Origin: Salpingoeca rosetta
Taxonomy: Eukaryota > Protista > Choanoflagellata
Length of the DNA: 64,000 nucleotides
Assembly: GCA_033442325.1 (NCBI GenBank)
Contig: JAWQFM010000036.1
Coordinates: 62,175-126,174 of the forward strand
Reading direction: 5' to 3'
The notes under the pieces are model-generated. The model did not search any database. It was not told where the DNA came from and worked only from the letters and a program-made list of their open reading frames with translations. The translations under genes were made by a program, and so were the position numbers. Below are positions 14,073 through 27,748 of the stretch, piece by piece. Positions within the stretch are counted from its first letter, which is position 1, and each line of letters opens with the position of its first letter.

Positions 14073-14234
14073 CGCGCACCGCACCAACCACCTCACAATT
14101 TTTACACTGTCGTTTGTACTTCTTGTCTTCTTCCTTGCCACATTCTTGTTTCGTTTTGGCTTGTGTTGCTGCTGCTGCAAGGTAAAGGGAAGCACAGCTG
14201 TCATCCATCACCGCCCATCACCACCACAGCCACC
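13551..14234. promoter_or_regulatory. Divergent intergenic region, USP14 / HAD hydrolase
   Basis: Head-to-head ATGs 684 bp apart; AT-rich non-repetitive core at ~13715-13830. Confidence 0.55.
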
Positions 14235-15714
14235 ATGTCTGGGGACGAGAGGTTTTGGCCGGAGAACACCATCATCAAGGTGTGTACATGCATGTGAATG
14301 TGTGTGTGTATGTGATGGTTGGGGGGAAAGTTGCACGCGTGTGTACCTGAGTGTGCGTGCCTGGTTTGAAGGCGTGTTCAACAATGGGGCTGGCCTCCTT
14401 GTTTTGGTGTTTGGTTTCCACTCACTCTTCCATCCACTCACTCTTCCACCCACGCATCCACCCACTCTCCTTATCCATCCACCCACACTTGCGCTTCCAC
14501 GTTCTAGGCGGTGGTGTTAGACTTTGACAAGACCATCACAATCAAGCACACGCGTGGCGTGGTGTTTCAGCCGTCGCAGCTCGAGCCCGAGAACATTGAG
14601 CGAAACTTTGTTGATATCGCCTTCTTTAGGCGGATGGTGGAGGGCGTTCGCAAGGCCAACCCCTCGGTCAAGCTGTGCATCGCCACTTTTGCAGACGAGG
14701 AAGAGGAGGCCCTCTGCTCAGGTGTGTGCGTGTGAGTTTGCGTGAGTGAGTTTGCGTGAGTGAGTTTGCGTGAGGTGAGTTTGCGTGAGTGAGGTTGCGT
14801 GAGGTGAGTTTGCGTGAGTGAGGTTGCGTGAGTGAGTGAGTGAGTGAGTGAGTGAGTGAGTGAGTGAGTGTGTGTGTACTAGTGTAGGAGGCAAAGGGCA
14901 GGGAGGAACGCGTGCTGGCCAAGGAACGTGTGGTCTGTGATGGGCGTTGCACTATGGGCTTTGCCGTTGTGCTGACGCGTTCCCTGCTCGTTCGACTGCA
15001 GGGCGTGCCCTCGTGCGCAAGTACCTGGAGATTGCGTTTCCCAACAAGAGCACAGAATACTTCCCAGGTGCGTGCGTGTGTGCGCACGTGTGTGTGTGTG
15101 TGAATGTGTGTGTGAATACGTGAATTTGTGTGTGAATGTACGTGTGTGTGTGTGTGTGCGTGTGTGTGCGTACGTGTGCATGCTTGCCCTCACCCTACAA
15201 TGACGCCCTGCCAATGCTCACCATCTTCTCATCCACTCCACTGCCCTTCATCTCTCTCCATGACACACCGCGCCCACCGCTGCCACGGCGACCTCCCTCC
15301 CCTCCCCCCTCCTGTGCCCCCCTCCCCTCTCACTGCTTCATTCTGTGCAATTCCACCACCTCAGATGAGCACATCCAAGCGTTCAACCCGGAGAACCAGG
15401 ACATGGATGCCCGCAAGGTCGGCAAGTCGGTCCACCTTGAAACGCTCAGGAAGACACTCAAGGTGCGCACGCCAGTGGTGACGGATGGTAGGGTGATGGC
15501 AGTAAATTGGGGGGGGGGTGTGGGTTGTGGCGAGAAGGGGGTGAGGTTGGTGGTGGATGTGAAGCTGGTGATTGGTCATTGATAGAAGATGGTGGTTGAT
15601 GGTTGATTGCAGGTGATGGTGGTGATCACGCAGGAGGTGCTGTGTGATGAGTGGCGTCTCTCGTCATCTGCTTTTGCCCCGTCCTTTGTGCACCTTTCCA
15701 GCCCTTGCTGACGC

Positions 15715-15771
<57 letters not shown>

Positions 15772-16657
15772 CANNNNNNNNNNNNNNNNNNNNNNNNNNN
15801 NNNNNNNNNNNNNNNNNNNNNNNNNNNNNNNNNNNNNNNNNNNNNNNNNNNNNNNNNNNNNNNNNNNNNNNNNNNNNNNNNNNNNNNNNNNNNNNNNNNN
15901 NNNNNNNNNNNNNNNNNNNNNNNNNNNNNNNNNNNNNNNNNNNNNNNNNNNNNNNNNNNNNNNNNNNNNNNNNNNNNNNNNNNNNNNNNNNNNNNNNNNN
16001 NNNNNNNNNNNNNNNNNNNNNNNNNNNNNNNNNNNNNNNNNNNNNNNNNNNNNNNNNNNNNNNNNNNNNNNNNNNNNNNNNNNNNNNNNNNNNNNNNNNN
16101 NNNNNNNNNNNNNNNNNNNNNNNNNNNNNNNNNNNNNNNNNNNNNNNNNNNNNNNNNNNNNNNNNNNNNNNNNNNNNNNNNNNNNNNNNNNNNNNNNNNN
16201 NNNNNNNNNNNNNNNNNNNNNNNNNNNNNNNNNNNNNNNNNNNNNNNNNNNNNNNNNNNNNNNNNNNNNNNNNNNNNNNNNNNNNNNNNNNNNNNNNNNN
16301 NNNNNNNNNNNNNNNNNNNNNNNNNNNNNNNNNNNNNNNNNNNNNNNNNNNNNNNNNNNNNNNNNNNNNNNNNNNNNNNNNNNNNNNNNNNNNNNNNNNN
16401 NNNNNNNNNNNNNNNNNNNNNNNNNNNNNNNNNNNNNNNNNNNNNNNNNNNNNNNNNNNNNNNNNNNNNNNNNNNNNNNNNNNNNNNNNNNNNNNNNNNN
16501 NNNNNNNNNNNNNNNNNNNNNNNNNNNNNNNNNNNNNNNNNNNNNNNNNNNNNNNNNNNNNNNNNNNNNNNNNNNNNNNNNNNNNNNNNNNNNNNNNNNN
16601 NNNNNNNNNNNNNNNNNNNNNNNNNNNNNNNNNNNNNNNNNNNNNNNNNNNNNNNNN

Positions 16658-16727
<70 letters not shown>

Positions 16728-16951
16728 ACACACACATGCACACACACATCACGCTCACGTACACACAATTACACATGTGCAGGGTTGAGGAGGCCAGCAG
16801 CAACGACAACGACGACGACGATGATGGCGATGACGATGGAGACGGTGATGGCGTGCCAAAGGTCAAGGGCGGGCTTGGTCGCGAGGTTTGGGACAAGTTC
16901 CTGCACATGGATACGGCGGGTGGTGGTGGCGGCGCATGCTCCCTCCAGTAG
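14235..16951 (+). CDS. HAD-superfamily hydrolase/phosphatase with putative C-terminal CaaX (CSLQ); exons 14235-14279, 14508-14721, 15002-15067, 15365-15462, gap, 16783-16951
   Basis: Motif [12 protein letters not shown], motif II CIATF, motif III-like GKSVH. Exon phases are consistent. Motif IV (DD) is presumably in gap 15774-16657. The last exon is assigned across the gap by inference. Confidence 0.75.
14731..14870 (+). repeat. Intronic (GTGAGTTTGCGTGA)-like and (GTGA)n tandem array
   Basis: Direct reading, immediately downstream of the HAD exon-2 donor. Confidence 0.9.
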
Positions 16952-17772
16952 TGCACGCATCAAGTGCACGCACGAAGTCGCATGAAGTGCATGCATCAAG
17001 TGCACGCATACTTCCTCGGCATACCCCTATCCCTACCCCTCCTCCGCCTCTTCCTCTTCCTCTTCCTCCTGTTGCACATTCCTCTCTGTCTCGCCAGCCT
17101 TCCTTCTCCCCCTCCACTCCTATTCTACGCTACAACCACCACCACCACCACCACACCCCCACCCACGCACCTCTCACCACCTTTGGTTTTGTCCACAGCG
17201 TTGCATTTGAGCCCTCTTGTTCGACAAGTCGGTGGCCCGGCTGTTTTGTGTCCCCGCACACCACAACCACAACTACGCTCGCACCCCCCCCCTCTGTTAT
17301 GTCTTCTATTTTGCCCCATTGATACGCCTATGATGTCATATCCCGTCGGGTTGCGCACTGCACACGTGTCACAACCCCTCCTTTTCCTTTCCGTTGCTGC
17401 TGCTGTGCATGGGTATTATTGTCGTCGTTCGTGTACGTGTCGTTGTAGGCGTCAGTCTTGTTGTTGTTAGTTGTCGTTGTTGTCGTCGTCAGTGTTGGCA
17501 TTATTGTCGTCAGTGTTGGTATTGTTGTTGTGTTTGCTCTTCACGTGCTTGATCACTTTGCACGTCGTGCTTGTCGCTGTATGTTCCCATCTCTGCCCTG
17601 TCTGCTTTGCTTTGTTCAATTGGCTCGTGTATTTTGCCTTTGCTTTGCCTCCCCCCCCCCTTTTGCAGTTGCTCTGCGTGTCCTTCAATCGCACAATTCC
17701 ACACGAGCGCATTGCACGTGAGCAGCACATGGTGGTGGACAAGAGGAGAGACAAATGATGCAGACACACACG

Positions 17773-17833
<61 letters not shown>

Positions 17834-18366
17834 CTACACACACACACACACACACTACTCACACACACACACACACACACTANNNNNNNNNNNNNNNNNN
17901 NNNNNNNNNNNNNNNNNNNNNNNNNNNNNNNNNNNNNNNNNNNNNNNNNNNNNNNNNNNNNNNNNNNNNNNNNNNNNNNNNNNNNNNNNNNNNNNNNNNN
18001 NNNNNNNNNNNNNNNNNNNNNNNNNNNNNNNNNNNNNNNNNNNNNNNNNNNNNNNNNNNNNNNNNNNNNNNNNNNNNNNNNNNNNNNNNNNNNNNNNNNN
18101 NNNNNNNNNNNNNNNNNNNNNNNNNNNNNNNNNNNNNNNNNNNNNNNNNNNNNNNNNNNNNNNNNNNNNNNNNNNNNNNNNNNNNNNNNNNNNNNNNNNN
18201 NNNNNNNNNNNNNNNNNNNNNNNNNNNNNNNNNNNNNNNNNNNNNNNNNNNNNNNNNNNNNNNNNNNNNNNNNNNNNNNNNNNNNNNNNNNNNNNNNNNN
18301 NNNNNNNNNNNNNNNNNNNNNNNNNNNNNNNNNNNNNNNNNNNNNNNNNNNNNNNNNNACACCTAC

Positions 18367-18421
<55 letters not shown>

Positions 18422-18566
18422 GACACGAACGCTCACACGCTTGTTTTGATTTTCCTCCTGCTTTTGTCGTTGATCATCTCCAAAACAGAAGAACCACCCG
18501 AGAGAATACTTCTTCCCAACACCACCTCCGCACACGCCCCACGCACCACACACTCGACGTTCCACG

Positions 18567-19488
18567 ATGCGAGCCACAAGCCTCGTGGCCGCAGCCCTTT
18601 TGGTGGGCCTTGCGGTCATGTGTGCGCTTGCACCAAGCATGGTCACCGCCACCGGCAATTCCACTGCTCCAGCTCCGGCACCGCACAATTCCACCAACTC
18701 GACGAGTACATCCACGACAACCACTGTGACGACAACCGTTTCGACGACAACGGTCACCAACACTACGACCGGCAACGCCACGACTGATGCTCCAACTAGT
18801 GCTCCAAGCACGCACTCATCATCATCGTCGTCATCTTCGTCTTCGTCTTCGTCGTCAACGACGACAAATGCACCGACGACGAAAGCGAAATCAACGACAA
18901 CAGCACAGCCGACAACGCCAACGACAACACCCCGCGGCAATGGTACCACGACTGCTGCGCCGCCAACAACCACCGTTCCCGCACACGAGAAGATCGAAAG
19001 CGTGAGTTTGCTGGCGTGTGTGTGTGTATCAAATACAAGATGTGATGGTGCACGGTCACGAGGCGCACCACCAAGCTCTTTTTGATGTGCCGTTTCCTCA
19101 CCGTGAAACGATCACATTATCACCCCTCCCTCCCCCTACCTTGTCTCTCCTCCGTTCCCGTTCCTTTTCTCTCCCTCCCTCACCAGGCCGTGCTCGCCAA
19201 AGGCTGGATCCCGTTTACCGTCATCGTCTTTGTCTGCATCGTGTATGCGTGGATGTTTGTCGGCTTCTACCAGCACCGCCGTGAGAAGGAATTCGGTACG
19301 AACGCACGCATGCACACAGCGAAGTGCATGTGTGTGTGTGCGTGTGTACGTGCGTGTGCACGTGCGTGTGTGTGTGCATGGGCTACGGGGCAACACGCAT
19401 TAGCATAACCATGTACACGTACACACACATACAAACTCACACTCACTCACAAACTCACACTCACACTCACATACACATGCACACACAC

Positions 19489-19529
<41 letters not shown>

Positions 19530-20552
19530 ATCCGTTTCACCTTTTCATTCGCGATCACGGCTAACACGTGGTCATTGACGCATTTTCATGCATGACAACA
19601 CACGCACGTGTGTGTGCGTTTCTTGTGCTTGCAGGCAGCACGGTTGTGACGATTCTTGCGATTGCGTCTGCCCTACTGTGCTCGACACTCGTGCCCGTGG
19701 ATGTGTATCTCACGTCCCAGTTCAAGCACGGCGACGGCACTTGGCAGGTGAGGAGCGGGATTGAGGATAGACCACCACGTTGATTGTGACTGTGAATGTG
19801 CATGCGTGTGTGCGTGTGTGCATGTGTGCATGTGTGTGTGTGTGTGCATGTGTGTGTGTGTGCATGTGTGTGTGTGTGTGAATGTGTGTGTGTGTGAATG
19901 TGTGTGTGTGTAAATGTGTGTGTGTGTGTGTGCTGCTGCTCTTGTTCATTGTCCGGACTTTCCCAGAATTTCTTTTCGTTGCATCACACCTCACAATCCC
20001 ACCACAATCACCCACCACCATCATCACGATCAACCATCATCGAATATTCGCCGGGTTAGCAATGGGCACTCGACAATGAGACCTTCCTCACCGATTCCGT
20101 CACATACGCCTACTACGGTGCGCCATTGGGCGAGGGCGGTGTCCGTGTTGCCTGCAGGCATTTTGCACCCCCCGTGCCACCCACTGTGCTGGACCCCTTT
20201 GTGTTCACCCGCTTGCTCTAATTTGAATGATCAAGGCCCTCTCCAGATGTTCTGTCATATGTCACACACACACACACACACACACCTTCACACACCTTCA
20301 CACACCTTCACACACCTTCACACACATCAACACGCTATCATACCTACATGCAACCCCTCCCCCCCCCTCTTTACTACAGCTGCGTACGGGTTGATCATGC
20401 TGTTTGTGTTCCTGATCATTCCGCTCGCGTATTTCCACTTTGAGGAGAAGGACGAAATCGACCGCCCAGGGTGCTGCAAGGTGGGGTGAAGTGCGGTCCA
20501 GAGGCGGGGGAGGGGGGTGTTCTGCGTGTGTATGTGTGTGTGTGTGCGTCTC

Positions 20553-20594
<42 letters not shown>

Positions 20595-22165
20595 TGAGTT
20601 GGGTTAAGCACCGACCTCGCCCCCGCAACAAATGCGCCAATCATCCTTCCGCAACATCCATCCCCCATCCCTCACCAACCATCAACCCCTCTCCCCTTTG
20701 TCACATCACCGCCGCCGCTGAACCAGCGCTTCCGCAAGTCGCTCATGTACACGTTTGGGATGCTGGTGGTGATGGGCATCATCGTCCTCATTGGCGCACT
20801 GGCCATCTCGTCCGGCGGCGACTCGTGCTCGGAGGTCGTCAATGCCACCAACTGGAAGGACTGGACGGAGTGCAGGGCCACATACGCCGAGCGCGCACTC
20901 ACAGAGAGCTGTCAGTCAATCAGCGGTGGTGGCGGTGGCAGTGGCGGTGGTAGTATGCGTGGTGGTTGTATGGGTGGTGGTGTGTTGCTCGTTGTGTTCT
21001 TGGTGTTGGCTTGTTGTGTTCTTGGTGTTAGCGTGTTGTGTTCTTGGTGTTGGCTTGTTGTGTTCTTGGTGTTAGCGTGTTGTGCTCGTGGCGTTGGCTT
21101 GCTGTGTTTGTGGCGTTCATTCCTAGCGTGTGTCCTCGTCGTGCTTGCAACCCCACCACGCGTGTCACTCACGTGTTTCGTTACTGTTTTCGCCAACCCC
21201 CTCCCTCTCAATCGCCTATCCCTTCCTCTCCCACCACCACCAATCCATCTTGAACTTGCAGCTGGCGCGAATGCCATTTCGTTTACCGTTGGCCTGCTGA
21301 CGGTGGTCGGCGTTCTCTACTTCATCTTCTACACGGGCGTCGGGATGGTCGCCATGCCCCTCAACATGATTCGCTCCCGCCTCTCAAACAAGGTGCTGGT
21401 GTTGTGTTAGCGTTGGCGTTGGTGTTGGTGTTGGTGTTGGTGTTGTGGGTGTTGGTGTTGGTGTTGGTGCTGGTGTTGGTGTTGGTGTTGGTGCTGGTGT
21501 TGGCGTTGGCGTTGGTGTTGTGTTGGTGTTGGCGTTGGCGTTGGTGTTGGTGTTGGTGTTGTCGGCGTTGGTGTTGGTGTTGATGTTGGTGTTATGTTGT
21601 GTGTGTATGTGTGTTGTGTGTGTGCATGTGTTGTGTGTGTTGTGTGTGTGCATGTGTTGTGTGTCTGTGCCTTGTCCTCTGTGTCTCCATCTTTCTTTAT
21701 TCAGCAACTTACACAACGGATACCCCCCCCCCCACAAATCACCAGGACGACCGCGATGATGTTGAGTCTCGCATCCGCTTGAACGAGGAAAAGTCGCAGA
21801 ACATCCGCAGCAAGTACAGCGGCCGCCGCAAGAACAAGATGTCCCGCCGCGACCAGCGCCTCTTGGAGCAGATGGACCACGAGACAGACGTGTTGCAGCG
21901 CGCAAACAGGCGTGCGGGCCGCATCGAGAAGGGGTGCCTCTCTCGCATTGCCACTGTGCTGCGGCCGTTTGAGTTCCTCTTTGGCATTGTGTTCCTGCTC
22001 ATCTCCATCTTCATCGTGACGTCGCTGACAATGACATCGGGCGACAAGCTGCTGCAGATCACGCAGCAGCATCTCAACTGGAAGACCGGGTACAGCCACG
22101 CCGCCCCGCGCGTTCCAAACCCACTCGACGTCGCCCTCCGCGCCATGCAGACGGTGCGCTGTTGC

Positions 22166-22196
<31 letters not shown>

Positions 22197-22245
22197 TGAT
22201 GGGCGTGTGTGTGTGCGTGTGTGTGTGTGTTTGTTGTGTTTGTTG

Positions 22246-22293
<48 letters not shown>

Positions 22294-22550
22294 CACAAGC
22301 AAGAAAACGCTACCGGGCGTTTTGCATCACGACAACAAGGGCGTTAGCGACCAATCAGGCAACCAGTAGCGATAAGAGTGGATGCGTCCCGCCAGCGCCA
22401 TTCGTCAATTGCAGACATGCCCGGCCATGCTCCATACTAATTGTCGACCGTGTCCAGCTCGTGTTGACCACATTTACTGTGCCCGGGCTCGGATGGCGGT
22501 GTGTGTGTGCGTGTGTGTGTGTGTTTGTTTGTGTTTGTTTGTGTGAGAGT

Positions 22551-22589
<39 letters not shown>

Positions 22590-24138
22590 GGGTGTAGAGG
22601 GAAGAGACGGGAGTCAAGGAGGAATATGAAGCATTTTTGTTAACGTGCGTGCGTGTGTGTGTGTGCTGTTCTTTGCGCGCTTGGTACTCTTATTTCACAT
22701 CATGCACGCCATCATCCCGCAACACCCCAAATCACCTCCACCCCCTCCCCCCCCCTCTCCCATGCACCATGCAGGTGTTCCCGCTGGACTACGTGGTGCT
22801 GGTGCTGGTCGTGTACTACTTCCTCGCCGCCACCATGTCGGGTGTCCGCTCCATGGGCGTCAGATTCTGCGGCTTCAAGGTGACGATCGCGACTTTGGTG
22901 GTGGTGGTGGGCGTGGCGGTGGGCGTGACGGGGGGTAGAGTGGTGATGGTGTGTGAGGACTCAATTGCATTGCTTACTTGTCACACGGCCTGCTTGTGCC
23001 TCCTCCTCCTCCCCTTTACGTTCTTCAACCACAACAATCACCACCCTTCCAACGATCCCCTCACTCCCCACTCCCAAGTCCCACATTCCTTCTCATTCCT
23101 TCTCACCCCTCCTCCTAATCCAATCCCAACGCCAACCACCAAACACCCTTCCTCGCAACCAATGGGTTGTGTTTGCTGCGCTGCACAGATGTTTGACATT
23201 CGCCGTGGACGCACGGTGCCACAGGCGCTGCTGTTCCTGGCCACCATCGTCACGTTCACACTCCTCTTCATCAACATTGTGCTGCTCACGCTCGCGCCCC
23301 AGTACATCACGTACGGCAACCAGAAGTTCCCGTTTGTGGAGCCGTACAACGAGAAAACCAACCCCAACGTCACGGCCACGCTCATCCCAGACACCACGGC
23401 GAAGCTCTGTGACACTTCCGCCCCGCAGTACCTGTACTATGTCACGGACAACATGAACAGCACGCAGTACCTGTTCAACGTTGGTGAGTGGAAGTGTGAG
23501 TGTGTGTTTGTGAAGGATTGCGCGCGCGTGTGTATGTGTGTATGTGTGTGTGTGTGTGTGAGCGTGCGCGTGTGTGTGTATGTTTGTGTGTGCGTGCGAT
23601 GGTGTGTGCGAATGTGAATGTGCTTGCGATGTGTGTGTCCCCCTTCGCACACACGCACACACACACTCTCTCGTTTCTGACCACTGCGCTATCATTTCAT
23701 GGTTGCCTGCAGGCATTTACGAGGAGAGCCAGGTGAACCATTGTATTCAGACGGTGATGAAGACGGTCGATGGCGCCGTATTTGACCTGACCAACGCCAA
23801 CCGCTTTGAGTGTGCCCGTTACGAAGCGTGCAAGTCCACGCGCGTTGCTGCCCTCCTCCACGCATTCTTCTACAACATGTGGTCAGTGGGCTGTTGGAAT
23901 TGGGGACAGGAAGGGGGAAGGCGTGTTGCGTGATGCATGTGGATTTGATGTGGATGCGGTGCTGTTGTTGACGCTCAACCACCACCACCGCCGCCGCCAC
24001 CTCCTCTCTGCAGGTTCCTCGGTCTGATTTACTACTGGGCCAACTGGGGCTTCATCCTCGTGTTTCTGCTTGCGCTCGTCTATCTGGGATGCAAGCGCCG
24101 CAAGTCGCTCATTGCCTCCCTGGTCAAGTGAGTCGCAT

Positions 24139-24234
<96 letters not shown>

Positions 24235-24512
24235 GCGCGCGCACGCGCGCGCTTTGATTGTGGTTGGGTGCATTGTTGTGTGGCTCTTGGAGAGGTGGCG
24301 ATGTTGGTCATCCAGTGATTCGCTTGTTACAGCATGCACGACACACACTCACACACACATGCACACACACACACACATGCACAATTGTCACACCACTTGA
24401 CTGGCCGCCACCTCGCGTGTGTTCGTGTTGCTGTTGCTGCGACAGCGATGCGCGTCACGACTTCAACGATTCCGATGACGACATGCGCCCGTTCAACCCG
24501 GACTGGCTCTGA
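18567..24512 (+). CDS. LMBRD1: Lysosomal cobalamin transport escort protein LMBD1 (LMBR1 family) with extra N-terminal signal peptide and Ser/Thr-rich domain; ~13 exons
   Basis: GWIPF..FYQHRREKEF|GSTVVTILAIASALLCSTLVPVDVYLTSQFKHGDGTWQ; IPLAYFHFEEKD; YTGVGMVAMPL; LRPFEFLFG; NPLD; VFPLDY; IRRGRTVPQALL; LAPQYITYGNQ; YYWANWGF. These motifs are collinear with animal LMBRD1. Stop after ..FNPDWL. Confidence 0.92.
22308..22475 (+). ncRNA. Candidate intronic box H/ACA RNA in an LMBRD1 intron
   Basis: Non-repetitive island between (GT)n tracts. CGCTACCGG..CCAGTAGCG stem, then ATAAGA (ANANNA) at 22372-22377, a second hairpin (TGGATGCG/CGTGTCCA, CAATTG/TAATTG), then ACATTT at 22470-22475. No coding frame evident. 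Confidence 0.3.
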
Positions 24513-24898
24513 GCCAACACTCCACCATCACCACCAACACTCCACCATCACCAGCACCACCATCACCCATGCATGCACTTGCACTCAGTCAACGCACCCG
24601 TGCACTTACTTGTGCACCACCCATGCAACCCACAACACATGTCTCGCTGTTCGTAAAACGTGTGTTGATGTGACGCCACGATTTGCTTGTGTCCATGTTC
24701 TGCCTTCTTGCTCTGCCTTCCTCTTGTGTGACTGCACGCGTGCGCGTGTTTTTGTGAGCATGTGTTGTCCCTGTGTTTACTTTCCCGTTTGCACTCATCT
24801 TAAACGCTCGACCCACCACTCCACCGCCAATGCAAGAGACCCTGAGAACACACGAACACGCACCTGAAGAGACAAGCAGAGGGAACACATACACACAC

Positions 24899-24932
<34 letters not shown>

Positions 24933-25014
24933 CTTAAACAACAACAACTTAAACAACAACAACAACAACTTAAACAACAACAACAACAACAAAATCACTG
25001 GTGCCTCACGCCTG

Positions 25015-25199
25015 CTACTGCTCCTGCTTCTTTCCCTTTCGTGTGCTCTTGCCCCTCTTCCTCGTTTTCCTCTTCTGCTGTTCCTGCGCAGCACCCTCAC
25101 GGTCACCGGCATTGGCAGTGACCTTGGCTGGCGTTGGGGCACCAGCATCACTCTTCTTCCCGTTCTGCTTTCCTCCTTTCGTCTTCCCCTTCTTGGCGC

Positions 25200-25239
<40 letters not shown>

Positions 25240-25247
25240 GCTGTTGT

Positions 25248-25285
<38 letters not shown>

Positions 25286-27712
25286 TTGTTGTTGTTGTTG
25301 TTGTTGTTGGTGGTGGTAGTGGTGGACTTCTTGCCCTGCTTGGCCTTCTTGCCCTGCTTGGCCTTCTTGCCCTGCTTGGCCTTCTTGCCCTTCTTTGTCG
25401 GCTTCACGGGCTCTTCCTCTTCCTCGACCTCCTCAGCACCTGCCATCGCTGCTGCTGTTTCCTCCATCTCATCATCATCATCATCACCATCATCATCACC
25501 ATCCTCCTCCTCCTCCACTTCATGTTCCCCCTCATCATCACCATCATCATTGGTCATCATGGTGGCGGCGGTGTCGTTTGTGTCATCGCCATCGTTGAGA
25601 GCGAGCGTGGGTTTGCTCACCTTCACCTTTCGGCGCGCAGATAAGTGCACGATGCTGTGCCATTCGTTGCACATGATGTGATGGTGGAGAGGGGAAAGAG
25701 GGAGAGTGGGGGGGGGAGGGGGTTGGTCGAGTGTGAGGGAAGGTAGGATGACTGATGGAAATGGCAGTTTGGGGGGAGGGGTAACACAACGGTGCAAACA
25801 CAACCGACATTCGCGCAAATGGACATGGACACAACTGCACCACACAACACTTCACGGCACAAACAACACGCAGCCATGAGCGGATGATTATCCATCATCC
25901 ATCATCCCATCACCCATCACGTGATCACGTGTCAAGCTTGTGCACGTACGAGCGGCGAATTTTGTAGAGGGCCCTGCGTCGCGGTACGTGGATGTTTGCA
26001 GTCGTCGTCGCCTCCTCAAACAACGTCGCGCACAACGCCTCGGGATCAAGCTAACACACACGCGCAAGGAGGGGGACGACGAGATGGGAATGCACGAAAT
26101 GAGACCATGTGTGTGTGTGTGTGTGTGAGCATGTGTGTGCGCAAAGGAGATATGAGAGGGTGTACCTGCTCCATTTGAGAGAGTCACGCGCATACCAACG
26201 TACTCGAAGCACAGGCGCGACATCCGGGCGCGCAAGCACAAGGGGTGAATGTGCACAAAGCTACAACCACAACAGCCACCATAACCACCACCAAGCATCA
26301 AGCACCGCAGCCACACCTGCAAGGGCTTTGTTTTGGCCGTCAGCTTCTTTCCCGTCTGCATGTCCACAAGTTGGCTGTGCTGGAACGTGGCCTGAAACAC
26401 ACCAGGCAGCCTTCCGCGCAGCAGCTTGCTGTTGATCCCGTCACAGGGGTGCATCGTGGAGTTGGGCGGTGGGATGGATGGATGGATGGATGGTGGGATG
26501 GATGGATGGATGGATGGTGGGATGCATGCATGCATGCATGCATGCATACATGAGTGGGGTGGATGGATCTGGGTGTGAGCGAGTGCCAATTGTGGCGGGA
26601 AAGAAACGGCAGAACAACAGCACTTGTGACAAACACCAACACAAAGAAAGTATACAGCAAACTCCAACATAGCGGCTGACAGCGCACTGTTACCACCACC
26701 ACCACCACCTCCCCACCACCACCGCAATCACCACAGTCACCGCAATCACAATCACCACCGCCACACATATCGTATCGCACCTTGGGTGGTACTTGACGAG
26801 CGTGACGATGAGGTCAAGGTACTCGTGCACAATGGGTGCGGGGATGGAGACGGACAGCAACGAGGCGGCCGCCACCAGCGTCGGCGTGAATGTGCCAATG
26901 AGATGCATCACGGGGCCAAGGCTCGTCTGGTGGCGGGGTCGTGGTGGCGGGGTCGTGGTGGTGGTGAGCGTGGTGAGGGGTGGTGGTGACATGTGAGGGA
27001 AGGCGTCCATTCATATTGAGCGATGGTGCACACAAGGCAGCGAGCAGCACGCCAAGTCACATATGTGCAAGCACGATTGAATCAAACGCGCATGCACACC
27101 CACACACACACACACGCACACCCCCACACACGCACACACACCCATCCACACACACCCCTACACACACGCTCTCCCTCTGCCTGTCCCTGACCTGTGGGTT
27201 GCGGTTGCATCGGAACGGGCCGTGCGCAAACATCGCGGTGACATCCTGAATCACATCGCCGGGCTCACTGCGATGGCGCAGCTGTCCACGTGCACACCAT
27301 AAACACGACAGCATGTATGGTACACACGGTGGCATACGCACGCACGCACGCACACACACACACATACACACACACACACACGCACGCACACACACACGCA
27401 CACACACAAACACACACACACGCACACACACGCACGCACGCACACACGCACACACACACACGCACACACACACACACACACGCACACGGTGGCATGCGTG
27501 GTACATTGGAAATCGCAGGGTGGCGTGCATGTGTCAGGAAGGGAAGAGGAGGAAAGTGCATGTCAGGGCGGATGCATGTGTGGAAGAATTCACGTCATGA
27601 GGAGGGCAGGTAGTGTTATGTGTGAATGGAAACAGAGACGGTGAAGATGACAGCAAACAGCAGCAGCAGCAGCAGCCACAGACAACGACGACAACAACAA
27701 CAACAACAACAA

Positions 27713-27748
<36 letters not shown>

